Source: a virus. Taken from it: 64,000 bases of DNA. Both the position numbers and the translations under genes were made by a program. Below the pieces are notes generated by a model. It searched no databases, was not told the origin of the DNA, and saw nothing but the letters and a program-made list of their open reading frames with translations. Positions 8,271-17,994 of this stretch are shown piece after piece. Positions within the stretch are counted from its first letter, which is position 1. Every line of letters starts with the position of its first letter. The stretch is from positions 1-64,000 of the IMG/VR virus record IMGVR_UViG_3300042544_000912, one strand, 5' to 3'.

Positions 8271-9721
8271 AAAAACTAATCGCTCTATTTCTATTATTTT
8301 TCGCAATCCCAGCATTCGCACAAACAAACCTTGGTTTTGAAAACGGAAACTATACCGAATGGACTGTTAGTAATGGTTCAACAACTCTAAGAAACAGTTG
8401 GAGTCCAAACGGTTCAGGTTCTCAGGTTACAACTGGAATGACTAACTATTGTCCGGGTGGTGGTAAGTGTTGGACAGTTACACCATATGGTTCATATATG
8501 CTTGCTGTTCAAGCGGGGGCAGGGTCAGTCAACTTCGACCCTGCCATGACATCGCTTGGTTTACAAGGCTCCGACATTTCTAGTATCAGGTCTTATCTTA
8601 CTTCTCTCGGCGGAAACTCGACACCTACCAATGCATCTTGGGTTAAAAGAACCGTAGCATTGCAGGCAGGTGTCACCTATAGTTTTGCGTGGCAATATCT
8701 CTCGACCGATTACGTGCCATTTAATGATGGTTCAATTATTACTCTTACTGGTGGCCCAGGAACACCCACTGTCAATGGTCTTACACAGAACTATGCGCTA
8801 CTGGGGTTTACTAATCCAGGAACAGGCAATTATTCAACTAACTCATATGGAGCAACCGGTTGGCAAGTCGCTGTGTTTACTGTTCCTGCTGATGGTAACT
8901 ATAATCTAGGATTTGCATCATTCAATCTCGGCGATACTTCATTATCGCCAATTTTGTTTATCGACCAGTTGCAAGGCAGCACCTCGCTGAATGGCACAGC
9001 ATTTACTCCAGTTCAACCGAATGCTGGTTCTTCTGCGCCACCACCTCCTGCGCCTGCCCCGCCTGAACCAACATATCCTCTCGCTTCTATTAGCGCGAAC
9101 CAATCATTGAAGATTAATCAAACGAATGCAATTACGCAAAACTCTATCTATATCAATGTAACTGGTTCTAGCAACTCTGTTTACATCGAACAGTTCTCTA
9201 AACAAAACCAAATCCGTGGTGTGAATGGCGCACAAGCAATGACGATTAATGGTAACAGTAATAGTATCACTATCAATCAGGGAACAGCGACAACACCAAT
9301 TGGTAAGAACTTAGCAGAAGTTTCCGTTACTGGCAATAACAACGTAGTGTCCTTAACACAACAACAAGGCAGCAAATACGCCGAGATAATCACCAATGGT
9401 CTTGGTAATCAAATATCAGCGCAACAAAAAGACGCTGGCGGAAAATCGTTGTTTATCAATGCTTTAGGAAACTCTAATAATATCAGTACCTTACAACAGG
9501 GAACTGCTAACCATTTTCTAGATATCAGCGCACCATTTGGTGGAGTTACTGCATTGGTTACTCAATTGGGAGCATCTGCAAAGCAATTTCAACTTTTACT
9601 AAATAGTCCTGGAATTGGTGTAACTGTCACACAAAATAACTTGACCGCTGCCGACTCTGCGAAAATGGAAATAACATGCACGACTGGACCATGTAATGGA
9701 TACTCTTATACAAAAAACTAA
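8267..9721 (+). CDS. secreted protein: N-terminal beta-sandwich-like domain, Pro linker, C-terminal curlin-like repeats
   Basis: Signal peptide PAFA; LGFENGN start; APPPPAPAPPEP linker; VTGSSNSVYIEQ, VTGNNNVVSLTQ, LGNSNNISTLQQG repeats. Confidence 0.65.
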   Translation: MKKLIALFLLFFAIPAFAQTNLGFENGNYTEWTVSNGSTTLRNSWSPNGSGSQVTTGMTNYCPGGGKCWTVTPYGSYMLAVQAGAGSVNFDPAMTSLGLQGSDISSIRSYLTSLGGNSTPTNASWVKRTVALQAGVTYSFAWQYLSTDYVPFNDGSIITLTGGPGTPTVNGLTQNYALLGFTNPGTGNYSTNSYGATGWQVAVFTVPADGNYNLGFASFNLGDTSLSPILFIDQLQGSTSLNGTAFTPVQPNAGSSAPPPPAPAPPEPTYPLASISANQSLKINQTNAITQNSIYINVTGSSNSVYIEQFSKQNQIRGVNGAQAMTINGNSNSITINQGTATTPIGKNLAEVSVTGNNNVVSLTQQQGSKYAEIITNGLGNQISAQQKDAGGKSLFINALGNSNNISTLQQGTANHFLDISAPFGGVTALVTQLGASAKQFQLLLNSPGIGVTVTQNNLTAADSAKMEITCTTGPCNGYSYTKN

Positions 9722-11777
9722 AAAAGTTCTACTCTCGCCTTGGTTGGCACTGATTACTTTTGCGGTATTGTTAACAGTAAAACTCGCAAACCCATACTTG
9801 GTTGAATCCACAAGATTGAAGTTTTATGATTATTTGATGCTCGGTTCACCGACGCAATCCGAACAAATTGTAACTGTTAATATTGGGGAGAAAGCAATTG
9901 AAAAATATGGACAGTGGCCTTTCCCTCGCGAAGTCCACGCTAAAATTATTAGCGATATTTATGGCAGAGGGGCTGCTCTTGTTGGTAGCACTATACTTAT
10001 GCCTGAGCCTGATAGGATGGGGACTGACGGAGTTCTTGAAGATACCCTCAGATTACATCCAGTCGTTCTGAGTCAGACGGTAAGTGACTCTTGTTCACGG
10101 GCAAGTAAGACAATTCGGAAGACAGGCGTTGCCGTAATCGGCGATGGAGAAGCAACTGAATTTCTTCCTCAATACCCATGCGTTCTAAGTAATGTCTCAG
10201 GTCTTCAAGAATCCGCAGCCGGTGTTGGGATAACGTCAACCCTACCCGAGCCTGATGGGGTTGTAAGGCGAGTTCCTCTTCTATCCCAATCAGAAGGCGA
10301 ATACTATCCCGCATTTGCTCTAGAGATGCTGCGTGTAGCTGCAGGAGACTCTTCGTATCAAGCCAAGATAAATCAGACTGGGGTTGAAGCATTACGAATT
10401 CCTTCTTTTGAAACTATTAAAACAGATGAATATGGAAGAACGTTCATTAATCCTAACTACCAATTTCCGTCATACGAAATTGGAGAGGATCCTTTACCTG
10501 TCCTGAGTGGTAAAATCGCGATTGTTGGCGTAACTGCTGCTGGTATTTCGAATCCTGTAGCGACTCCATCAGGTGCGCAACATCCCCACGTCCTTCAGGC
10601 GAGTATTCTTGAAACTCTGATAAATGGGGATTCTGTTTCGATTCCGAACTGGTCAGTAATTGCGGATCTTGCGGCTTTTCTTGGTCTTGCTCTGGCATTG
10701 ATTATTCTCTCAAGATTTCGTTTCTCTATAATTTATATCGGCATATTACTAGCTGGATATTTTTATCTACCAGTATATCTGTTCGCAAACAAGGGTATTC
10801 TGTTTGATGTGACATTTAATATCTTTGCAATCGCAATCATCTATATGCATATCTACACGGTAAAGTTTATTAGCGAATTCCTTCAAAAACAACAGATTAA
10901 GAAACAGTTTGGTACCTATTTGAGTCCAGACTTGGTTGCTAGATTACAAAGACAACCGGAACTATTGAAACTTGGTGGAGAATCTCGCGAACTTTCAATT
11001 ATGTTCACCGACGTTCGAGGATTTACTACTATCTCAGAACATTATGGCGCAGATGTCCAAGGTCTGACTTCAATCATGAATCGTTACATGACGGTCATGA
11101 CAAGAGCTATTCTTGAAAATAACGGTACACTGGATAAGTATATTGGTGATGCACAGATGGCATTCTGGAATGCGCCGCTTGATAACAATAAACATGCTTT
11201 GGATGCGGTTCAAACAGCCTTTCAGATGCTAAAAGATTTGGAGACTTTCAATGAAGAAGTTAAAGCAGAAGGCATTCCCGCTTTCGGTATGGGTCTTGGT
11301 ATTAACACTGCCACTGTGGTTGTTGGCAATATGGGCAGCGACCAGCGTTTTGATTATACTTGCTTGGGCGATGGGGTTAATTTGGCTGCTCGTCTCGAAG
11401 GTCAAACCAAGCCTTATGGAGTCAAACTCATCGTCGGACCACAAACGGCCGAATCGGTGGGGGATGTATACCAAGTAGTAGAACTTGACCTGATTGCCGT
11501 TAAGGGTAAAACAGAACCCGTATCTATCTTTACAGTTCTAGAAAAAGACCATCGAGGTCAAGATATCATCGATGTCATGGAAGATCAACACAACAAGTTC
11601 TTATCGCATTACCGGGCTGGAAACTGGAAATCCGCCCGAGTATACGCGACCGATTTACGCGAATACTGGGACGGACAATTAGCCGATTATTATGATATGA
11701 TGATTAGTCGGATCGAAGAGTTTCAGGCTTCGCAACCCAAAGATTGGGACGGAATTTATCGGGCGACTTCGAAGTAA
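9696..11777 (+). CDS. CHASE2-domain class III adenylate cyclase
   Basis: WPFPR and DGVVRRVPL CHASE2 motifs, three TM helices, FTDVRGFT, DKYIGDA, FDYT, NLAARLE. Confidence 0.92.
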   Translation: MDTLIQKTKKVLLSPWLALITFAVLLTVKLANPYLVESTRLKFYDYLMLGSPTQSEQIVTVNIGEKAIEKYGQWPFPREVHAKIISDIYGRGAALVGSTILMPEPDRMGTDGVLEDTLRLHPVVLSQTVSDSCSRASKTIRKTGVAVIGDGEATEFLPQYPCVLSNVSGLQESAAGVGITSTLPEPDGVVRRVPLLSQSEGEYYPAFALEMLRVAAGDSSYQAKINQTGVEALRIPSFETIKTDEYGRTFINPNYQFPSYEIGEDPLPVLSGKIAIVGVTAAGISNPVATPSGAQHPHVLQASILETLINGDSVSIPNWSVIADLAAFLGLALALIILSRFRFSIIYIGILLAGYFYLPVYLFANKGILFDVTFNIFAIAIIYMHIYTVKFISEFLQKQQIKKQFGTYLSPDLVARLQRQPELLKLGGESRELSIMFTDVRGFTTISEHYGADVQGLTSIMNRYMTVMTRAILENNGTLDKYIGDAQMAFWNAPLDNNKHALDAVQTAFQMLKDLETFNEEVKAEGIPAFGMGLGINTATVVVGNMGSDQRFDYTCLGDGVNLAARLEGQTKPYGVKLIVGPQTAESVGDVYQVVELDLIAVKGKTEPVSIFTVLEKDHRGQDIIDVMEDQHNKFLSHYRAGNWKSARVYATDLREYWDGQLADYYDMMISRIEEFQASQPKDWDGIYRATSK

Positions 11778-11844
11778 CTTCTAGTTCGTATAGTTCCTTC
11801 TCCATTTGAAGGAAATGTTCTTCTAGTTCTTCGTCGTTAAACAT
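11704..11844 (-). CDS. possible 46-aa acidic hypothetical protein
   Basis: ATG at 11844 overlaps the stop of the upstream minus-strand gene (TAATG); overlaps the cyclase 3' end antisense. Confidence 0.3.
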   Translation of the reverse strand: MFNDEELEEHFLQMEKELYELEVTSKSPDKFRPNLWVAKPETLRSD

Positions 11845-12059
11845 TAAAAACTTCTTCCGACTGTATGTTGGCAAAATTGCCGAAATAGGTCCTCGAAATT
11901 GCCGGTCTTGTAGACCCATGCATCATAAAGACTCTGAGCAACAGGAATATCGCCACTTGACTTGCTAACGTAGTAACCTCGCTCTGTGAGTTCTTCGATA
12001 AGATCCTCATCCTCAAAATCATCCATGTAAACTTCGACTTCTGTAGTAATACTAACCAT
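11844..12059 (-). CDS. hypothetical protein (71 aa)
   Basis: ORF coupled to the 12059-12262 gene behind a sigma70-like promoter. Confidence 0.55.
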   Translation of the reverse strand: MVSITTEVEVYMDDFEDEDLIEELTERGYYVSKSSGDIPVAQSLYDAWVYKTGNFEDLFRQFCQHTVGRSF

Positions 12060-12262
12060 TATGCAATCTTCCTTTTATATTCAACACGGGCTTCAAGATA
12101 TTCGGTAAACGTAGCATAGACAGGAATGCCATTTGCTTCAAGTTCTGAATTCATTTCATCAAATTCGGCACGTTCATATTGCCAACCATTCCAAGGCACA
12201 CCCAGCTGTTCAAGTAGGCGTTCTTCGCATTCGTCAATAGCGAGAATCATATTAATCTCCAT
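12059..12262 (-). CDS. hypothetical protein (67 aa)
   Basis: ORF directly downstream of the minus-strand promoter. Confidence 0.55.
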   Translation of the reverse strand: MEINMILAIDECEERLLEQLGVPWNGWQYERAEFDEMNSELEANGIPVYATFTEYLEARVEYKRKIA

Positions 12263-12275
12263 AACTTATATTCTA

Positions 12276-12304
12276 GTTATAAGCTATTAACGACCAAATG
12301 TCAA
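12276..12304 (-). promoter_or_regulatory. sigma70-type (early) promoter
   Basis: TTGACA-N17-TATAAC on the minus strand. Confidence 0.7.
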
Positions 12305-12318
12305 CCCTTATTTTTCTA

Positions 12319-12347
12319 TTGACAAACTTGGCTATATGTTGTAATGT
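12319..12347 (+). promoter_or_regulatory. divergent sigma70-type promoter
   Basis: TTGACA at 12319 with a weaker -10 (TAATGT at N17). Confidence 0.4.
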
Positions 12348-12368
12348 GTAACTCTTAAGGAGATTATT

Positions 12369-12773
12369 ATGTCGATGCATCTGTTGGGCCCAGCTTATAC
12401 CACTAACAATAACCGTAAGCGCAAATCTAAAGTCCCTGTTACAAAATATTCACAGGACTGGGTAGATTATAATAAGCAGATGAAACGCATTGGTGCAAAG
12501 ACCAAGACGTTTGACGAATATGTTGCATATCGCCAAGGTAAGTCCGGCTTCAAACTAAAGAGTTGTGTGAGAGGTCCAATGGATGCTGCACCATATCGCC
12601 GCGAAGCACCTAAGTATGAGAGCGGAGATGGAATCGGCGTCACGTTTGCTAAGAAGCCCAATGAATATACAGGCACACTAATTAAGGGTATTGCCACGAT
12701 GCATAAATCTAATGCAGTGCCAGTTATCAATCAAGATCAGATGGAAGAAATCTCGAGGATGCGTAGAGGTTGA
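12369..12773 (+). CDS. conserved T4-like phage hypothetical protein
   Basis: C-terminal IKGIATMHKSNAVPV...EISRMR motif that I recognise from aquatic myophages; AAGGAG RBS. Confidence 0.65.
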   Translation: MSMHLLGPAYTTNNNRKRKSKVPVTKYSQDWVDYNKQMKRIGAKTKTFDEYVAYRQGKSGFKLKSCVRGPMDAAPYRREAPKYESGDGIGVTFAKKPNEYTGTLIKGIATMHKSNAVPVINQDQMEEISRMRRG

Positions 12774-14086
12774 GCGTAAAAGAAAAATTAGATTCTGTCG
12801 GACATGGCTTTTGCCCGCAAAAGTGGAGATGGCTTGCGCTTTATCTCCATTCAGGTCATAAGCATAGTTGTCATCATCCACCGCCGATGCATATTGCACT
12901 GGAGGAGATTTCCAAGGATCCTGCCGCGCTGCACAACACTTCACATGAAAAACAACAGCGTAAGACAATGCTGGAGGGCGGAAGACCGACCGAATGTTCA
13001 TACTGCTGGAGTATTGAAGATCTAGATAAAACAAGTGACCGTGTTTATAAGAACACCGATACCATAAACAATTTGTTTGTTTTAGACGATGAAATCGAAA
13101 CACTAAAGAATGTTCCTTGGGATCAAAACGTAAATCCCTATAACATGGAAATTAGTTTCAGTAATGCTTGTAATTTCAAATGCGGATATTGCTGTCCTAC
13201 ATTTTCTTCTCTGTGGGAAGATGAGATTAAACAACATGGCAATTATGATCTGAATTATGACCAATATGGATTGCACAATAAGATTTATTCTGAAAAAGAA
13301 TATAATCCTTATGTTGAAGCATTTTGGAAATGGTGGCCAGATTTGAAGAATGACTTAAAGATTTTTCGCATCACAGGCGGCGAGCCGCTAATGACTACTA
13401 ACACATTCAAGTTATTAGACATGTTAAAAGAAGATGGTAATCCGGAGTTGTTTCTACAGATTAATACCAACCTGGGTGTAACGAATCGAAAAGTCACTGA
13501 CTTCTGCCTTCGCGTTAATGATTTGATTGAAAAGAAGCATATCAAAAATCTTCGGTTGTTTACAAGCCTTGAATGCACGGGTAAGCAAGCAGAATATATG
13601 CGCCGCGGCTTAAACTACGAATTGTTCTTAGAAAATGTAAACACAGTCTTAGAAACAGTCCCTACCGCATATCTAAGTTTCATGACAACGTATAATGTGT
13701 TGACTGTTCCTTATTTCAAAGACTTTCTTCAATTAATAGTTGAATTGCGTGAAAAATGGGGCGAGAGAATTCTTATCGATATTCCTCACCTTAAAGAACC
13801 GCCTCATTGGACAATGAATATTTTACCCCCGGAGTTTGGAACATATATAGATAATGATGTTCAATACATGAAGCAAAACGGTTTCAGTGATATTGAAATC
13901 GGCAAAATGGAACGTGTCAGAGAATATTTCTATAACGATACGCATAATATCACCGACGAATACCGGTTGAATGGTAGAAAAGATTTTGCGAAGTTTTTTC
14001 CGGAATATGACCGTAGAAGTAACAGTAGTTTAATAGAAACATTTCCTGAATTTTCAGAATTTTTAGAATGGTGTAAAACATTATGA
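12770..14086 (+). CDS. radical SAM protein with N-terminal Twitch-like domain (copy 1)
   Basis: CNFKCGYC (CxxxCxxC), RITGGEP, N-terminal FCPQKW..SCHH..CSYC; TTG start overlapping the upstream TGA. Confidence 0.9.
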   Translation: MSVKEKLDSVGHGFCPQKWRWLALYLHSGHKHSCHHPPPMHIALEEISKDPAALHNTSHEKQQRKTMLEGGRPTECSYCWSIEDLDKTSDRVYKNTDTINNLFVLDDEIETLKNVPWDQNVNPYNMEISFSNACNFKCGYCCPTFSSLWEDEIKQHGNYDLNYDQYGLHNKIYSEKEYNPYVEAFWKWWPDLKNDLKIFRITGGEPLMTTNTFKLLDMLKEDGNPELFLQINTNLGVTNRKVTDFCLRVNDLIEKKHIKNLRLFTSLECTGKQAEYMRRGLNYELFLENVNTVLETVPTAYLSFMTTYNVLTVPYFKDFLQLIVELREKWGERILIDIPHLKEPPHWTMNILPPEFGTYIDNDVQYMKQNGFSDIEIGKMERVREYFYNDTHNITDEYRLNGRKDFAKFFPEYDRRSNSSLIETFPEFSEFLEWCKTL

Positions 14087-15507
14087 ATGACGATATCCAC
14101 ACTGAGCATAACTTGGATGTTCATTCTGTTGATTCTTATTGGAATTTCCTTAAAGAGAAACGCGAAGACATCAATTCTGTTAGTCCAACGTTTTGTGCGG
14201 CCAAGTGGAAGCAATCGACTATTCTTCTGTATAGCGGAGAAACGCATAGTTGCCACCATCCCTCACGACATAAAATTACTTTAGATGATATTAAAGATAA
14301 TCCACGGGGTATTCACAACACGGCAGTAAAAAAAGCAGCCCGTATTGATATGCTCAATGGTATACAAACTAAAGAATGTGATTATTGCTGGAAAATTGAG
14401 AACCTGAATAAAGATTGGATGAGTGATAGGATATACAAGTCCACATATTCATGGGCTCTCCCGCATATCGATGAAATTGTAAAATCTGGTGATGGAGCAA
14501 ATATCGACCCGTCATATTTAGAAGTTGCCTTTGAATCTACCTGTAATTTTAAATGCGTATACTGTAGCCCAGAAAGTTCTTCAAGATGGCAAGAAGAAAT
14601 CGAAACTCACGGTCCAATCGAACTGGAAGATTTCAAATTACATGATCTTGGATGGTTGAAGGAAGTTGGAAAACTTCCAATTCATCGTAAAGAACAAAAT
14701 CCATATATTGATGCTTTTTGGAAGTGGTGGCCTGACCTCTATCCCAATCTACATACGTTTAGAATAACTGGTGGTGAACCCCTACTCAGTAAACACACTT
14801 GGCGAGTCCTTGACTATATTGCCGAAAATCCAAATCCTAATTTAACACTTGCGATCAATACCAATCTCAATGTTCCTGATAAATTAGTTGAGAAACTAGT
14901 AGAATATATTAATAGAATCTCTGGTAATATTAAATTATTTGATGTATATACTTCTCTTGAAAGCACAGGTAAACAGGCTGAGTATTCTAGATTTGGTATG
15001 CAATTTGATGAGTTTAAGAAAAACTGTGAATATGTGTTAGACAATACGCCCGACACCACTAGACTACATTACATGACTACTATAAATCTGACTAGTGCAC
15101 CGACTCTTCTTGAATACCTGAAATATATTAGAGAAATGAGATTACGATATTTCAGTAAATTACATGAATTTAGAGTAAGAACCCATCTTTCATATCTTCG
15201 TTGGCCTAGAATGTTATGTTTGACGTTATTATCAGATGAAGATAAACAGAAGTTTGGAGACTTATGGATAGAATACGTCGAGCAGCATAAACTAACACAA
15301 CTGAAATCTACCGAAGAAACATTTTATTTAGAAGAAGTGGATCAGGTAAGAAGATTGGTTGACTATATGAGATCAACCAAAGAACCACAATCTTTATATA
15401 AAGACTTTAGAAACTATACTCGAAGTCTGGACAAACGTAGAAAAACCTCATTTGTTGAGACGTTTCCAGAACTTGCATATTTAATGGACGATGATTACTA
15501 TGGATGA
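14083..15507 (+). CDS. radical SAM protein with N-terminal Twitch-like domain (copy 2)
   Basis: CNFKCVYC, RITGGEP, FCAAKW..SCHH..CDYC. Confidence 0.9.
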   Translation: MNDDIHTEHNLDVHSVDSYWNFLKEKREDINSVSPTFCAAKWKQSTILLYSGETHSCHHPSRHKITLDDIKDNPRGIHNTAVKKAARIDMLNGIQTKECDYCWKIENLNKDWMSDRIYKSTYSWALPHIDEIVKSGDGANIDPSYLEVAFESTCNFKCVYCSPESSSRWQEEIETHGPIELEDFKLHDLGWLKEVGKLPIHRKEQNPYIDAFWKWWPDLYPNLHTFRITGGEPLLSKHTWRVLDYIAENPNPNLTLAINTNLNVPDKLVEKLVEYINRISGNIKLFDVYTSLESTGKQAEYSRFGMQFDEFKKNCEYVLDNTPDTTRLHYMTTINLTSAPTLLEYLKYIREMRLRYFSKLHEFRVRTHLSYLRWPRMLCLTLLSDEDKQKFGDLWIEYVEQHKLTQLKSTEETFYLEEVDQVRRLVDYMRSTKEPQSLYKDFRNYTRSLDKRRKTSFVETFPELAYLMDDDYYG

Positions 15508-16819
15508 CCCCATGTTAAATTTTAGAAACGCCGTTTTGGATTCTAAATCAAAATCTTTCTGTGGTGCCAAATGGGGAAATAGTACCCTTTGGTTAAATAG
15601 TGGAGAAACCAGTAGTTGTCACCTGCCTCCTGTCCATAAGATTGATGCTGAACAGATTGCAATCGATCCTTCTAAGTTGCACAATACAGATCATAAATTT
15701 AAAATGCGCAAGTTGATGCAGGACGGTATTAAACCCTCCGAATGTGATTATTGTTGGAAAATTGAAAGTATGGGCGATACTTTTATTTCCGACCGCGTCT
15801 TTAAGTCTCTACAGTTTACAAATGATGAGATGCAGGAATGGTTCGAACTTCCGGCAGATACTAGAATTATTCCTCCTACCCTGGAAGTAATGTTCGACCG
15901 TACCTGCAATTTTGCATGTAGTTACTGTAATGCAAATTTCAGTACCACATGGGAACGTGATATCAAGACGCACGGATATTATGAACTGGAAACTAGAGGT
16001 GGTGGTGCATTTAAACATGATGGTTCATATAACAATACGCACGAAAAAACTTCTAATCCGTATATCTCAGCATTCTGGGAATGGTGGCCAGAACTTAGTC
16101 AAAAACTTCGGGTTCTCCGCATAACAGGCGGAGAACCATTAATGAATACCGATGTTTGGAAGCTGATTGATATGTTTGCTGAAAACAAATATACTTTCGA
16201 GCTTGGCATCAATACAAATTTGGGCGCCAAGAAATCGATTATTGATAGGCTCATCAAAAAGTCATTTGATATCGAAAAGCTGTGTCTCTTTACAAGTATG
16301 GAAACAACAGGCGCCCAAGCGGAATATATTAGAGATGGGTTAGATTATGACGCATGGTGTAACAACGTAGAACGTATTTTGGAAGAATCTAATGTTAAAC
16401 GTATCGTTGTGATGATGACTATTAATGCCTTGTGTCTGTTCAATATTACCGAATTTATGGATCAGGTGCAACAATGGAAGCGCAAATACAATAACAGAAT
16501 TTCGATGAGCATAAATTTTCTTAGATTCCCTGCATTTCAGAGTTTGACTGTTCTTCCTGATAACATTAGAACTGCGGCACATGAGAAGTTGCTTGTGTGG
16601 TATGAAAAAAATAAAAACGAATTAATAGGCAATGAAAAGAGTGACGTAGAACGGTTAATATCTTATGTAAGTGTAATCGAAACTCCTCACGCATATGACG
16701 ATGACTTGGAATTGAATCGTAAAGATTTTAAGAGTTTTTATTCCCAATACAGTCATCGCAGAAATAAAACACTAGATGTATTTCCAGGAGAACTGCTAGA
16801 ATGGTACAACACATTATGA
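15500..16819 (+). CDS. radical SAM protein with N-terminal Twitch-like domain (copy 3)
   Basis: CNFACSYC, RITGGEP, FCGAKW..SCHL..CDYC. Confidence 0.9.
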   Translation: MDDPMLNFRNAVLDSKSKSFCGAKWGNSTLWLNSGETSSCHLPPVHKIDAEQIAIDPSKLHNTDHKFKMRKLMQDGIKPSECDYCWKIESMGDTFISDRVFKSLQFTNDEMQEWFELPADTRIIPPTLEVMFDRTCNFACSYCNANFSTTWERDIKTHGYYELETRGGGAFKHDGSYNNTHEKTSNPYISAFWEWWPELSQKLRVLRITGGEPLMNTDVWKLIDMFAENKYTFELGINTNLGAKKSIIDRLIKKSFDIEKLCLFTSMETTGAQAEYIRDGLDYDAWCNNVERILEESNVKRIVVMMTINALCLFNITEFMDQVQQWKRKYNNRISMSINFLRFPAFQSLTVLPDNIRTAAHEKLLVWYEKNKNELIGNEKSDVERLISYVSVIETPHAYDDDLELNRKDFKSFYSQYSHRRNKTLDVFPGELLEWYNTL

Positions 16820-17994
16820 GAAATGATGGCTATTGTGCGCTACCATTTAATCATATGAATCTACATCCAAACGGAAACGTTTCTATATGTTGTGTGTCTA
16901 AAATGGGAGGACCAGATAGCGGTTTTGCCAAAGATGAAAATGGTAAGCTATTAAATCTACGAACCCATACGATAAATGAAATTTTTGATGCTCCGTCTGT
17001 TAACAAGATCCGCGAACAGATGTTAAATGGGGAATTTCCATCTGCTTGTGAGGGCTGCTATAAAATAGAACAGTATGGTGGAAAATCTCGAAGAACCACA
17101 GAAAATACTCGTTGGCCAAAACGCGAAACGCCTGGATTAGAATTTATCGATTTGCGATTGAGTAATCTATGTAATCTGAAATGTCTAATGTGTTATCCAG
17201 ATTCCAGCTCGGCTTTGGTAACAGATTATAACGAGTGGGCAGACAGTCTTCCGTTCGTGACAAAGAATAATACAGATTTTGATAATTTCCAGTGGTTTAA
17301 CGAAGACATCATCGATCAATTGAAAGAACATAAAGATACTTTGAAATATCTTTATATCAATGGCGGCGAACCTTTCATTATGCCAATGCAGTGGAAAATG
17401 TTGGAGAAATTAATTGAGTGGGATGTTGCTAAAAATATTCACATTAGCTATAATACAAATTGCACAACCTATAGCGATTCTTTTAGCGAATATTGGAAAC
17501 ATTTTAAAGTGGTCACGTTGGGATGCAGTGTAGACGCCACAGGAGATAAGAATTCTTTTATTCGATATCCGTCAAAGTGGGATGTCGCAAATGAAAATAT
17601 TCGCAAATTGTTAGAGAATCCATATATTCATGGCATGAATATTACTTGTAGTATTCAGTGGTTAAATGCACCCTTTTTACCTGAATTTTATGATTGGGCA
17701 GTGCCATTGACCAAACTTAAACCGCATACTACAATCAATCAGAATTTTATAGTATTCCCCGATTACTTGTCGTTAAATTGTGCGTCTAAACAATTTAAGC
17801 AGGACTTATCTACGGTTTATGAGGAATCTCAATACAGAGATTATATTTTGACTGAAACAATGAAATCATATCTTAGATTTTCTCCAGATTCATCTGAGCA
17901 ATGGAATAATGGTAATAAATACCTCGACGTAGTGCAGTTGAGCCGAAAAATGGGCCCATGGAAAGATATATTCGATTATGACTATAGATTCTAA
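16816..17994 (+). CDS. radical SAM protein with N-terminal Twitch-like domain (copy 4)
   Basis: CNLKCLMC, NGGEP, YCALPF..ICC..CEGC. Confidence 0.9.
   Translation: MRNDGYCALPFNHMNLHPNGNVSICCVSKMGGPDSGFAKDENGKLLNLRTHTINEIFDAPSVNKIREQMLNGEFPSACEGCYKIEQYGGKSRRTTENTRWPKRETPGLEFIDLRLSNLCNLKCLMCYPDSSSALVTDYNEWADSLPFVTKNNTDFDNFQWFNEDIIDQLKEHKDTLKYLYINGGEPFIMPMQWKMLEKLIEWDVAKNIHISYNTNCTTYSDSFSEYWKHFKVVTLGCSVDATGDKNSFIRYPSKWDVANENIRKLLENPYIHGMNITCSIQWLNAPFLPEFYDWAVPLTKLKPHTTINQNFIVFPDYLSLNCASKQFKQDLSTVYEESQYRDYILTETMKSYLRFSPDSSEQWNNGNKYLDVVQLSRKMGPWKDIFDYDYRF

Noticed and set aside
9696-11777. Pycsar/CBASS-type defence or anti-defence cyclase
   Set aside because: CHASE2 receptor architecture with ATP-specifying Lys/Asp and no adjacent effector; fits a signalling adenylate cyclase
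4491-11777. Bacterial csg operon joined by misassembly or a prophage flank
   Set aside because: Starts at a T4-type late promoter, is flanked by phage genes, has compact overlapping phage-style organisation, and lacks csgD/csgE
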